13,292 nucleotides of DNA from Candidatus Eiseniibacteriota bacterium (lineage in GTDB: Bacteria; Eisenbacteria; RBG-16-71-46): the NCBI GenBank assembly GCA_031366795.1, contig JANLOX010000154.1, forward strand, positions 1 to 13,292, read 5' to 3'. Within the stretch, counting starts at the first letter, position 1. Every line of letters begins with the position of its first letter. Positions 1 to 8,591 of the stretch are shown here, one piece after another. The position numbers were made by a program, and so were the translations under genes. The notes under the pieces are model-generated. The model was not told where the DNA came from. It did no database searches and saw only the letters and a program-made list of their open reading frames with translations.

Positions 1-1645
1 CGGTGGGTTTAATACTAACCAACAGGATGGAACGAAGTGCAGGATATTTTTTAAGAGAGGGCCGAAGTTGCCATTCGGGATCGTCGCGGTGGTCGACTAT
101 GAAAATGGATGCGGGCGCTGTCTTGTTCGCGAGCATGGCCATGGCCCCTTCAATCTCACCCTCCAAAAATCCACCCGTTGTGGGGCACGCAAACAGTTGG
201 TTATGAGATACAAGCTGGGCTGCAGCAGCGTCGAAAGTGCAATTGGACCCCAGAATTCGTAAAGGTTTCTTGTCATTGGCTAACCGGACTAGACGATCCA
301 TGTCGAATTGATTTCTGGTGGCCAAGTGGAATGTGGGGAAGGAAAAAAAGAATACCGTTACTATGATTGCGGAGGCTGCTGCCAGCGACCACTGGGCGAA
401 GGTTGAAGTCTTAAGATGGCCCTTGACTGTAGTTAGTAAGTTGGCTTCGCCGAAACCACTGAGCAGTAACAAGGCTGGAAGTAGAAAGTGGGAATGGCGG
501 GTGACGCCAAAGGGCATTTTCCCAAGAAGGCTGAGGAAGAAGCTGGCTATCAGCATCCACAGGCAATACCAACCGATGATTTGTTGCCAAAGCGGGTTGG
601 AACGCTTGAAGCTTTTCAAACCCAAAAGAACCAGGACCATTAAAAGAAAGCCAATCCATCGAGTGATGGAAAGCCCTGCCTTTTCAGGCCAAACCGGTGT
701 GGTGCTGAAGCCGGCGAAATAGACCCACTTCATGACGATAGCTTGCAGATATTGGAGGGGTGAACCAGTCCAATGAATGACGTCGAACGCAGCCCAGGGA
801 GGAACGCCCTGATTATTGCGTAACCTATCGGCAAGATAGTGGATGAATATCCAGCCAAATGCGGCTGCACCTGCCAGTGAGAGGGTGCTGCCTGCGATCC
901 AACTGCGGTAGGAGATTTGCTGGAACGCATGGGGTTTGCGCAGATCAGGGTAGGCAACCATCAAAATGGCCAGGATGCTGGCGGCGATAGAAATGGTCAT
1001 CTGATAACTGAAGGCAACGGCGATGCTTCCCCAAACAGCGAGAATGCCGATGAGCAATGGAAGTCGGCGAGAGTCAATGTTGGGGCGGCCTTGGGTCATC
1101 CAGTAGAGAAGCACGGCGGTGATGGCGACACAGAAGCAGGCGGCAGAATATGGATAGCCTTGTTGCGATTCCACCATTGCCCGCAAGCTGCAAAGGCCTA
1201 AAACGGCGGAAAACATTCCGGCAAAGGGTGAAAGGTTTCTGTCAGCACTCAATTTCGATAGCAACCAAACGATGAGTAATGCAGCGATAGTTCCGGCAAT
1301 GGCGCTGGGAAGCCTTAGAGCATAGAGAGCATTTCGCCAAGTGCCAGCAATACTCCACAGGGGATAGCCCAATACAAACTGGCCTGGGCCATAGGTCCAA
1401 TAGGAAGCCACCCGATGACCGGCGTTGACTGCGTCGGATGCGAACAGGCCTTGAATGAGAAAGCCGGAATCGTCGCAATGGGTCATGCGGTCGGCGAGGG
1501 TGAAGAATCGGAAGAAAGTGGCGGCGATGGCAGCGAAAGCCACAATGACAACGCTTACCCACTGCTGTTGACGGTAAGAACGCTGGTTCAGGGGAGTTGC
1601 ACCAGGTGTCGGCGATCCCTGAGGGAGCTTCGGTAAAATGTCCAT
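1..1645 (-). CDS. GT-C superfamily (ArnT/PMT_2-like) integral membrane glycosyltransferase, 3'-partial (>=548 aa)
   Basis: Manual translation of the minus strand from ATG 1645 (MDILPKLPQGSPTPG...) stays open to the window edge (...LLVSIKPT). It is absent from the ORF track, presumably because it has no stop inside the window. It has many hydrophobic helices and GT-C-like motifs: R-x-x-x-L...HCDD after TM1 (DE/DD acidic pair), LRLPSAIAG, VESQQGYPYS, TRHSHFLLPALLLL, followed by a soluble C-terminal tail. Confidence 0.85.
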   Translation of the reverse strand, partial: MDILPKLPQGSPTPGATPLNQRSYRQQQWVSVVIVAFAAIAATFFRFFTLADRMTHCDDSGFLIQGLFASDAVNAGHRVASYWTYGPGQFVLGYPLWSIAGTWRNALYALRLPSAIAGTIAALLIVWLLSKLSADRNLSPFAGMFSAVLGLCSLRAMVESQQGYPYSAACFCVAITAVLLYWMTQGRPNIDSRRLPLLIGILAVWGSIAVAFSYQMTISIAASILAILMVAYPDLRKPHAFQQISYRSWIAGSTLSLAGAAAFGWIFIHYLADRLRNNQGVPPWAAFDVIHWTGSPLQYLQAIVMKWVYFAGFSTTPVWPEKAGLSITRWIGFLLMVLVLLGLKSFKRSNPLWQQIIGWYCLWMLIASFFLSLLGKMPFGVTRHSHFLLPALLLLSGFGEANLLTTVKGHLKTSTFAQWSLAAASAIIVTVFFFSFPTFHLATRNQFDMDRLVRLANDKKPLRILGSNCTFDAAAAQLVSHNQLFACPTTGGFLEGEIEGAMAMLANKTAPASIFIVDHRDDPEWQLRPSLKKYPALRSILLVSIKPT

Positions 1646-1735
1646 GTTTTGGATCGAAGCCTCATCGTAACGCAAATATAGTGGGGAATTTTGTATTGGA
1701 TGTTGGTTTGTGGACGAATAGGTGGTTAGGGTGAT

Positions 1736-4700
1736 ATGAAAATACTATTGAGTGTGCTGATTGGCTTCTTATTCCTGCAAACTGCGGCGGTTGGTGCTTT
1801 GGTGAAGGAACCAACCCTTCCATTCTATTTCTTTGAAGAGCAGGTGGCGAAACAGGAAATCCGTTATGTGGGGCATACCCCGAAATTGTCGGCATCGTTT
1901 AGCAGACAAGGGGTGCAATACGGCAAACAGGGCAAAACGCTGACCATGGAGTTCAAGAAAACGAAATCGGATTTCCGGTTGAGTGCGGAAGAGCCACTGC
2001 CTGGAAAGGCGAACTTTCTTTTTGGGCAGAATCCAGAAAAATGGAGGAAGGGTGAGGCCATGTACTCCCGCCTGCGCTATGTGGAATTGTTTGAAGGAAT
2101 CGACTTGACGTATGAAGGAGTATCCAACGTTTTCAAGTCGGAATACCATGTGAAGGCTGGCGCGGATGCGGGCAACATAGAATGGCAATACACCAATGCG
2201 GAAGAGGTGAAATTAGACATGGATGGGCAACTGCGAATCAAGGCCAGTGGTGTTTGGTTTGAAGAACATATTCCCGAGGCCTATGAATTGGATGAACGTG
2301 GTGGCAGAATCCTGCGTAAGGTGAGTTATGAATTACGGGCCGACGGCAGAGTAGGTTTCAAAGTGGAAAGCCGCAATGCGAAGAACCGGTTAGTAATTGA
2401 TCCTGTATTGGTGTTCAGTACCTACCTTGGAGGACGACTGGCGGATGCGGCAGCGTCGATTGCTCTGGATACTGCGGGAAATATTTACGTTGCGGGATGG
2501 ACAGAATCGAAAGATTTCCCTGTGCAGCAGGCTTTATATGGAACATCGGGTGGAGGAGTTGACGCTTACGTGGTCAAATTTTCACCAAATGGGCAACAGA
2601 TATTGTGGGCCACTTATCTGGGAGGGGCAGGGGATGACCGGGCCACTTCAGTGGCTGTGGATGCCAGCGGAAATGTGGTGGTGGGCGGGTGGACGCAATC
2701 GTCAAATTTCCCTGTGAATGGAAGTCAAAATAACTTTGGTGGAATTCGGGACGGATTTGTGGTGCGGTTAAACGCCAATGGAAACGGCATATTATTCAGC
2801 ACTTATGTGGGGGGATCGGGATCGGATGCGGTGAACGCGGTGGCGGTGGATGCTAGTGGGGTGGTGTACGCTGTGGGTGAAACCACATCTACAAATTTCC
2901 CGACAACGTCTGCTTACCAAGCGGCTAATCAAGGGGGTAGTGATGCGTTTTTGGTTAGCTATCAACCGGCTGGAGACATCCTTTTTCGAACTTTGTTTGG
3001 AGGTACGGGAGAAGATCGGGCGTTGGCCCTGGCTGTGGATAGCGGGGGTTCCATTTACGTTGGAGGCACGACAAATTCAGCGGATCTGCCGTTGAACAAT
3101 GCCCTGCAAGCAACGCGCAAGGGGGGACAATCGGGGTTCATCGTCAAGTTTCCACTGGCGGCCCAGAGCCTTAGTTACAGCACTTACTGGGGTGGTTCGC
3201 GGGGAAGTGGGTTGAATGCCGAACAAGTAAATGCGCTGGCTTTGGATGCCGGTAATAATCTGGTGGCGGCGGGAATCACCAGTTCATCCGATTTTCCAAC
3301 AACAGCTTCAGTTGCGCAAATTGTTTACGGTGGCGGAACGACGGACGGCTTTGTGACTAAGTTTAATGCCGCAGGGACGGCGATCTTAGCATCGAGCTTT
3401 TTCGGGGGAAAAGGAATTGATGCCATTCAAGCGGTTGCGGTTGACGCGACGGGCATAATTCATTTGGCGGGGTCCACAACATCGCGCAATCTACCAGTGA
3501 TCAGCGCCATTCCAAGCAGCATTTACAAAGGTGGTTACGATGCATTTTATGCCAGGGTTCGATCTGATTTAACGGTATTCGACACAGTGACTTATATTGG
3601 GGGAACAGGGGCGGATCAGGCTATGGGACTGGCCCTTTCCACAGGTTCCTACGCGTATCTTGTAGGCAACACTCTATCGCCAGATTTCCCGACGAAATCA
3701 GCCTATTCAGTGAATAACGCCGGGTCGAACGGGGCATTTCTTTTAAAACTGAATGAGCTGCCCTTGGCCGTGTCAGTCAATGCGGGTGCAGGGAGCGGTT
3801 CCACGGCGAGTTTGCAACTTGTATTTAGTGATGGCAACGGAGCAGGCGATATTGCCAGTGTCCAGGTGCTGATGAATAACTCGCAAACCAACTCTGCGGC
3901 GTGCTCCTTTATCTACTCGCCAGCCTCTGGACAGGTTACGATTCTTGCCGATAATGGCAGCAGTGGTTCGACGGGTACCGCCGGTTCCAGCACTCTATTA
4001 CAAAACAGCCAATGCAAAATTCCTTTGAACTTGTTTACTCAAACAGTGACGGGAAATCAATTGGCACTGCAAGTGGGCCTGCAGTTTCTTGCAGCCTTCA
4101 ATGGAAACAAGAATATCTATGGGCAAGCTACCGATCAAACTGCGGCAACCAGCGGATATCAAACCCTGGGCACCTTCATTGTGGGATCTGCAGTAAATGT
4201 CGCACCGACGGTGACATCCACTCCAGTAGTTTCAGGCAGCGGGTACACAGCGAATTTTACGACCACCATTTCCGATGCAAATGGCTCTTCCGATATTACC
4301 CAGGTGCTGGTGTTGATCAATACCAGCTTGAATGGCAGCAATGGCTGTTTCTTTTCCATTGACGTCCCCGGACGGGCATTTTACCTTGCTCCTGATATTA
4401 CGGGCAATTGGACCGGCGTGACCATGGGGACTTCGGCTGCGGCGTCGAACACTATGTGTCGCATTGTGGGTTCCGATATAACTTTCACCAATTCGGGAAC
4501 TGCCCTGACGGTAAACATAAGACTGACATTCCAAACAGGCCAAACCGGAACCAAGGCCATTTACGTTATCGCCTATGATCAAGCCAGGGCCGGTTCACCC
4601 TGGGTGCAGATAGGGTCTTGGGCCTTGGCGGCCAACCAGCCACCGCAAATCATTGGGGTCTCGCCTAATAACGGTTCAGGTTCAAGCGGTACGTTTACTT

Positions 4701-5068
4701 TCACTTTCGCCGATCCTAATGGCTTTACTGATTTAGGTACGTCACAGGCGCTGATGAACACGGTGATTGATGGCAATGGTGCCTGTTACCTGCTGTTTGA
4801 TCGTCCCAGTCAAAAAATCTACCTGTTACAGAACTCAGGTTCCTTTTTAGGCAGTTCCATTGGGTCTGGGTCGATCCTTTCCAATAGTCAGTGCACTGTG
4901 AATGCGGCGGCAGCCACCATCAGCGGATCTGGCAACACGCTTGTTTATACTGTCCCGATTACTTTCCTGCCTGCTTTCCGAGGGACCAAAAACATCTATC
5001 TTCTAACAGCGGATCAGTCCCAAGCTTCCGTAGGTTGGACGAATGGAGGAACCTTCACCGTTCAGTAG
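1736..5068 (+). CDS. Secreted SBBP-repeat (seven-bladed beta-propeller) surface protein with three C-terminal ~145-aa beta-rich repeats
   Basis: 1110-aa ORF with a signal peptide (MKILLSVLIGFLFLQTAAVGA). The N-terminal domain is typical of SBBP proteins (NFLFGQNPEKW, LFEGIDLTY, LVIDP). It is followed by seven STYLGG-x-x-x-D...AVD-x-x-G...G-x-T-x-S-x-x-FP repeats and three C-terminal repeats. Confidence 0.93.
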   Translation: MKILLSVLIGFLFLQTAAVGALVKEPTLPFYFFEEQVAKQEIRYVGHTPKLSASFSRQGVQYGKQGKTLTMEFKKTKSDFRLSAEEPLPGKANFLFGQNPEKWRKGEAMYSRLRYVELFEGIDLTYEGVSNVFKSEYHVKAGADAGNIEWQYTNAEEVKLDMDGQLRIKASGVWFEEHIPEAYELDERGGRILRKVSYELRADGRVGFKVESRNAKNRLVIDPVLVFSTYLGGRLADAAASIALDTAGNIYVAGWTESKDFPVQQALYGTSGGGVDAYVVKFSPNGQQILWATYLGGAGDDRATSVAVDASGNVVVGGWTQSSNFPVNGSQNNFGGIRDGFVVRLNANGNGILFSTYVGGSGSDAVNAVAVDASGVVYAVGETTSTNFPTTSAYQAANQGGSDAFLVSYQPAGDILFRTLFGGTGEDRALALAVDSGGSIYVGGTTNSADLPLNNALQATRKGGQSGFIVKFPLAAQSLSYSTYWGGSRGSGLNAEQVNALALDAGNNLVAAGITSSSDFPTTASVAQIVYGGGTTDGFVTKFNAAGTAILASSFFGGKGIDAIQAVAVDATGIIHLAGSTTSRNLPVISAIPSSIYKGGYDAFYARVRSDLTVFDTVTYIGGTGADQAMGLALSTGSYAYLVGNTLSPDFPTKSAYSVNNAGSNGAFLLKLNELPLAVSVNAGAGSGSTASLQLVFSDGNGAGDIASVQVLMNNSQTNSAACSFIYSPASGQVTILADNGSSGSTGTAGSSTLLQNSQCKIPLNLFTQTVTGNQLALQVGLQFLAAFNGNKNIYGQATDQTAATSGYQTLGTFIVGSAVNVAPTVTSTPVVSGSGYTANFTTTISDANGSSDITQVLVLINTSLNGSNGCFFSIDVPGRAFYLAPDITGNWTGVTMGTSAAASNTMCRIVGSDITFTNSGTALTVNIRLTFQTGQTGTKAIYVIAYDQARAGSPWVQIGSWALAANQPPQIIGVSPNNGSGSSGTFTFTFADPNGFTDLGTSQALMNTVIDGNGACYLLFDRPSQKIYLLQNSGSFLGSSIGSGSILSNSQCTVNAAAATISGSGNTLVYTVPITFLPAFRGTKNIYLLTADQSQASVGWTNGGTFTVQ
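2414..3752 (+). repeat. Seven SBBP beta-propeller blade repeats (protein level)
   Basis: Blades start FSTYLGG, WATYLGG, FSTYVGG, FRTLFGG, YSTYWGG, ASSFFGG and TVTYIGG. Each is followed by a D/E-x-x-x-x-x-A-V/L-D-x-x-G-type segment and T-x-S-x-D/N-F/L-P. Confidence 0.88.
3758..5065 (+). repeat. Three tandem ~145-aa C-terminal domains (approx. 3758-4195, 4196-4633, 4634-5065)
   Basis: Each copy has GSG...[SA]D-x-NG-x-x-D-[IL]...L-[MI]-N...C...N-x-x-C...F...G-x-K-x-IY...DQ...G-x-F/W, with two conserved Cys per copy. Confidence 0.85.
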
Positions 5069-5077
5069 CAGACTTAC

Positions 5078-5110
5078 AAAAAGGAGGGTGGAGGCTAAAT
5101 CCACCCTCCT
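5078..5110 (-). terminator. Intrinsic-terminator-like hairpin with its U-tract on the minus strand
   Basis: Perfect 11-bp stem aggagggtgga (5082-5092) / tccaccctcct (5100-5110) with a 7-nt loop. The A-run at 5078-5082 precedes it, and there is no T-run downstream on the plus strand. Confidence 0.6.
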
Positions 5111-5117
5111 GCTGGGC

Positions 5118-5142
5118 ACCCCTGCTGCCATAATGTAGGGGT
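5118..5142 (+). promoter_or_regulatory. Candidate extended -10 promoter (TGcCATAAT, 5126-5134) flanked by an 8-bp inverted repeat
   Basis: TG-n-CATAAT lies 24 nt upstream of the GT2 ATG. It is flanked by acccctgc/gtaggggt (one G.T pair). No clear -35 element. Confidence 0.35.
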
Positions 5143-5158
5143 AGTTGCCGCCGAGCCC

Positions 5159-5875
5159 ATGCCGGAACTTTCCCTCATCATCCCCGCCTACAACGAGTCC
5201 GCCAATCTGCCCCTGTTGCTTGATCGTGCAGCGGCGGCATTTACTGGATCGCCCATTGAATTGATTGTGGTGGATAACGGTTCAACTGATACCAGCCCGA
5301 CCGTCCTGGCCCAATTAATTCCCCAATACACGTTTGCTCGAACGGTTCGGGTTCCCGTTAATCAGGGATACGGATTCGGCATTCTGAGTGGTTTACGAGC
5401 CGCGAAATCCCCTTTTTTGGGCTGGACCCACGCCGATCTGCAGACCGATCCTGGGGACGCCGTGCGCGGTCTTAGCCTTCTAAAACATGCAGGTGATGCA
5501 GGGCATACTTTTGTGAAAGGAAAACGTTATGGACGCCCTCCTGCCGATGTCTTTTTCACTGCTGGAATGGGCTTGTTTGAAACCGCCATATTACAGAAGC
5601 CACTGTGGGACATTAACGCGCAACCAACCTTGTTCACTAAAAGTTTTTTCGATACCTGGAACAACCCACCGCACGACTTTTCGCTGGATCTTTTCGCTTT
5701 CTACATGGCTCGTAAACAGGGTTTGGAAGTGAAACGATTTCCCGTGAATTTCGGCAAACGAGCGCATGGCATTTCCCGTTGGAACGTCAACTGGCAGGCC
5801 AAAGTGAAGTTCATTCGACGAACCGTCGATTACAGTCTAACGCTATCAAAACAGTTGAGAAAACCCCCACAATGA
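5159..5875 (+). CDS. GT2 family glycosyltransferase, DPM1/polyprenol-phosphate glycosyltransferase-like
   Basis: Motifs LSLIIPAYNE, IVVDNGSTD, NQGYGFGI, HADLQTDP (DxD position), VKGKR and R-x-x-G-x-S-x-W. 238 aa, no C-terminal TM helices. Confidence 0.9.
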   Translation: MPELSLIIPAYNESANLPLLLDRAAAAFTGSPIELIVVDNGSTDTSPTVLAQLIPQYTFARTVRVPVNQGYGFGILSGLRAAKSPFLGWTHADLQTDPGDAVRGLSLLKHAGDAGHTFVKGKRYGRPPADVFFTAGMGLFETAILQKPLWDINAQPTLFTKSFFDTWNNPPHDFSLDLFAFYMARKQGLEVKRFPVNFGKRAHGISRWNVNWQAKVKFIRRTVDYSLTLSKQLRKPPQ

Positions 5876-6459
5876 AGATTATCCATCATCGTCGCAATAC
5901 CCTTGAAGAGTTGCGTTCTACACCCGTTGAATATGGAGTGGAAATTGACATCCGCACCCATGGCAAAGACCTGATCCTGCATCATGACCCGTTTGTTGCC
6001 GGGGAACTGCTGGATAACTGGCTAGCCGAATTTCATCATGGAACGCTGATCTTAAACGTCAAGGAAGAGGGTTTGGAGGAAGCAGTTCTGGAAAGGATGA
6101 AGCGGTTCGGCATTGAAGATTTCTTCTTTCTGGACCAATCGTTTCCATTTCTGATTAAGACGGCTCGCACCGGGGAAAAGCGTTGTGCGGTGAGGGTCAG
6201 TGAATTTGAGAGCATTGATACGGCCATGGCACTGCAAGGCAAAGTATCGTGGGTCTGGGTGGATTGTTTCACTAAGTTTCCACTTAGCCGTCAACAGGCA
6301 GACAGGCTGCGCCAGGCGGGATTCCGTTTTTGCCTGGTATCGCCAGAACTGCAAGGTCGTTCAGATCCACAAGCCATCGCCGCCATGCGCGAACTTTTGG
6401 ATGGACTGCGCATTCCTGCTGAAGCAGTCTGCACCAAGACACCGGAGTTATGGAGGTAG
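5872..6459 (+). CDS. Small GDPD/PI-PLC-like phosphodiesterase-fold protein (195 aa)
   Basis: Start placed at ATG 5872, an ATGA overlap with the GT2 stop. Motifs IIHHRRN (HR), GVEIDIR (ExD), LHHD, LNVKE and WVWVDCF match the GDPD-like TIM barrel. Confidence 0.75.
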   Translation: MKIIHHRRNTLEELRSTPVEYGVEIDIRTHGKDLILHHDPFVAGELLDNWLAEFHHGTLILNVKEEGLEEAVLERMKRFGIEDFFFLDQSFPFLIKTARTGEKRCAVRVSEFESIDTAMALQGKVSWVWVDCFTKFPLSRQQADRLRQAGFRFCLVSPELQGRSDPQAIAAMRELLDGLRIPAEAVCTKTPELWR

Positions 6460-8588
6460 CCACAGCGGAGAAAGTATCTTCGGGACCCTTTGAGGGATGG
6501 TTGTATCCCCAATGGAAATCGCTTGTCCGTTTGGCGCGTCATCCTGTTTTTCAATTCGGTCTGTTGATCCGTTTGGCACTGGTTTTTCTGGCTGTGCCCA
6601 AAGTGCAGGAAAAGTGGTTTGTGCCCTTTCTGTTGGACTTTCTGCGGCAACCTTCGCTGGACCCATGGACAACGTTTTTGAACTCGGGGGGCGATTCCAT
6701 GTCGTTCCCTTATGGTCCCGTGATGTATCTTTTGCACCTGCCGGGAGTGGCGTTAGGCGGGTTGATAGACCAGCAATTCGGGCTCGGGCATTTTTTTGCG
6801 CTGCTGGGCTTCGGTCTAACCATCTTGTTGCTGGATTTGGAACTGATGCTTTCTTTGGAGCAGATTCTGGATGCAAGCGAAGACGAAATTCTGCGCTACT
6901 ACTGGCTGTCCCCCATAGTCCTTTATATTTGTTACTGGCATGGGCAAACCGATATGGTGCCGGTTTTGCTTTTAATGGTTTCTCTGCGCCTGTTGCAGAA
7001 GCTGCACGCAAAGTCTGCCGGTATGGTTCTGGGCTTGGCTATTGCTGCAAAACTGAGTATGATTTTGCCCGCGCCATTTCTGGTCATCTACCTTTGGCGC
7101 AGCAAACGGTTGTCAGGCTTGCTCAGCCAGTTTATGATTCCGGCGATCATCACTGCCGCTTTGCTGCAAGGCCCCTACCTGCTATTTTCGCCAGGTGTAA
7201 AAGTGATGGTAATGGGCAGTCCAGAAATTCAAAAAGTGTACCAACTCTCTATCAAGTTTGGCGATAAGTTACAGGTTTACGTGTTGCCGTTCACTTACTT
7301 ACTGTTACTCTATGCGGCTTGGCGCATTGGCCGGATGAGTTTCTCATTACTGTTTTCCTTTCTTGGCGCATCCTTCTTTCTGGTGTTGCTGTTGACCCCG
7401 GCATCTATCGGCTGGTTCCTATGGGCGGTTCCGTTCCTGGTGGCGCATCAACTAGGAGGAGGAGTTTCTGCCTCACTGCCGGTGTACGCATTTTCAATGG
7501 TGATGATCATTTTCCATTTGGGACAATCGACAGGCGCAACAGTGCGGTTGGCGGGGTTGGATCTTACGGCACCGGTGGCAATGCCGGCTCATTTACAATC
7601 GTTGTGGCTAACGGGAATGGTAGCGCTGGGTGCCGCGCTGGCTGCTCGCATGTTCCGCACGGGCGTGCAGCAGAACGATTACTTTCGGCTGAGCCGTAAG
7701 CCCGTGGCCATTGGCATTGCCGGTGATTCGGGTAGTGGCAAAGATACTTTAGCGGCGGCACTCGCCGGTGTATTCGGATCCAGTGCGGTGGCCAGCATTT
7801 CTGGCGATGATTATCACAGCTGGGATCGTCATGCGCCTATGTGGCGGGCACTTACTCATCTGAATCCGCAGGCTAATAACTTACTGGCATTTTCCAATGA
7901 TGTACTGGCGTTGATGGAAGGTAAAAGCATTGTATGCCGCCACTACGATCATTCCAGTGGCCGATTTACCAAGCGTCGGTCGGTGGCCCATAACGAAGTG
8001 ATTTTGGTGAGTGGATTGCATACCCTATACATTCCCAGCCTGCTTTCTAAGTTCGATGTGCGACTGTTCCTGGACATGGATGAAGATTTGCGTCGCTATT
8101 TTAAGCTTCGTCGCGACGTGAATGAGCGCGGACACCCAGAGGAAAAAGTTCTGGAATCGTTGGAAAATCGTTACCCGGACGCCAAGCGTTATATTCATGC
8201 GCAGGCAAAAACTGCCGACCTTGTATTTAAACTGGAAGCGGTGAATCGTGAGGATTTGAAGCAACCGGAGAGGCCCGACGACATCCGCCTGCGTTTGTGT
8301 GCCAGCCTACGACGGGGTTTGTATTATGAAAAGCTGATCCGCATTCTGGTGAGTCTTTGCGGTCTGCATGTGGATATGTCCATTGGTGAAGAAGATAGCG
8401 TGGTGGAGTTGCGGATTGAAGGGGATTTGCAGCCCGAAGATCTGGCTCTTGCGGCCGGGCAACTGGTGCCGCATCTGGAAGAATTGATGGCGTTGGACGC
8501 GCGGTGGGCAAACGGCATGATTGGATTGATGCAATTGATTACCTTTGTGGAAGTGGCCGAAGCACTACGAGCGCGGGGGAATGGGTAA
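6450..8588 (+). CDS. Fusion of an N-terminal GT-C-type membrane glycosyltransferase (GT87/PIG-M-like) and a C-terminal phosphoribulokinase/uridine kinase domain
   Basis: About aa 1-405 is polytopic membrane, with FPYGP, WLSPIVLY...HGQTD and AIAAK motifs. From about aa 418 it reads PVAIGIAGDSGSGKDT (P-loop, 7722-7748), DDYH (7806-7817), HYDHSSGRF, SGLH and RRDVNERGH, all PRK/UK-like. A ~105-aa C-terminal extension follows. It overlaps the upstream stop by 10 nt. Confidence 0.85.
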   Translation: MEVATAEKVSSGPFEGWLYPQWKSLVRLARHPVFQFGLLIRLALVFLAVPKVQEKWFVPFLLDFLRQPSLDPWTTFLNSGGDSMSFPYGPVMYLLHLPGVALGGLIDQQFGLGHFFALLGFGLTILLLDLELMLSLEQILDASEDEILRYYWLSPIVLYICYWHGQTDMVPVLLLMVSLRLLQKLHAKSAGMVLGLAIAAKLSMILPAPFLVIYLWRSKRLSGLLSQFMIPAIITAALLQGPYLLFSPGVKVMVMGSPEIQKVYQLSIKFGDKLQVYVLPFTYLLLLYAAWRIGRMSFSLLFSFLGASFFLVLLLTPASIGWFLWAVPFLVAHQLGGGVSASLPVYAFSMVMIIFHLGQSTGATVRLAGLDLTAPVAMPAHLQSLWLTGMVALGAALAARMFRTGVQQNDYFRLSRKPVAIGIAGDSGSGKDTLAAALAGVFGSSAVASISGDDYHSWDRHAPMWRALTHLNPQANNLLAFSNDVLALMEGKSIVCRHYDHSSGRFTKRRSVAHNEVILVSGLHTLYIPSLLSKFDVRLFLDMDEDLRRYFKLRRDVNERGHPEEKVLESLENRYPDAKRYIHAQAKTADLVFKLEAVNREDLKQPERPDDIRLRLCASLRRGLYYEKLIRILVSLCGLHVDMSIGEEDSVVELRIEGDLQPEDLALAAGQLVPHLEELMALDARWANGMIGLMQLITFVEVAEALRARGNG

Positions 8589-8591
8589 GCA

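Noticed and set aside
3..1636. Short ORFs in the track (e.g. 318..722 +, 917..1201 +, 1242..1562 -)
   Set aside because: They are antisense or off-frame shadows of the minus-strand GT-C gene. The K/R/N-rich translation of 318..722 is typical of the reverse strand of a membrane protein.
5779..5871. 31-aa N-terminal extension of the GDPD-like ORF
   Set aside because: It overlaps the GT2 coding region. ATG 5872 gives an ATGA coupling and begins directly at the conserved domain.
6291..7267. Long alternative-frame ORFs (6497..7267 +, 6448..7011 -, 6291..6737 -)
   Set aside because: They overlap well-supported genes and have no recognisable motifs.
7698..8250. Phosphoribulokinase as evidence of the Calvin cycle
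   Set aside because: The domain is fused to a membrane GT-C in a glycosylation operon, has altered motifs, and there are no RuBisCO or cbb genes in the window.
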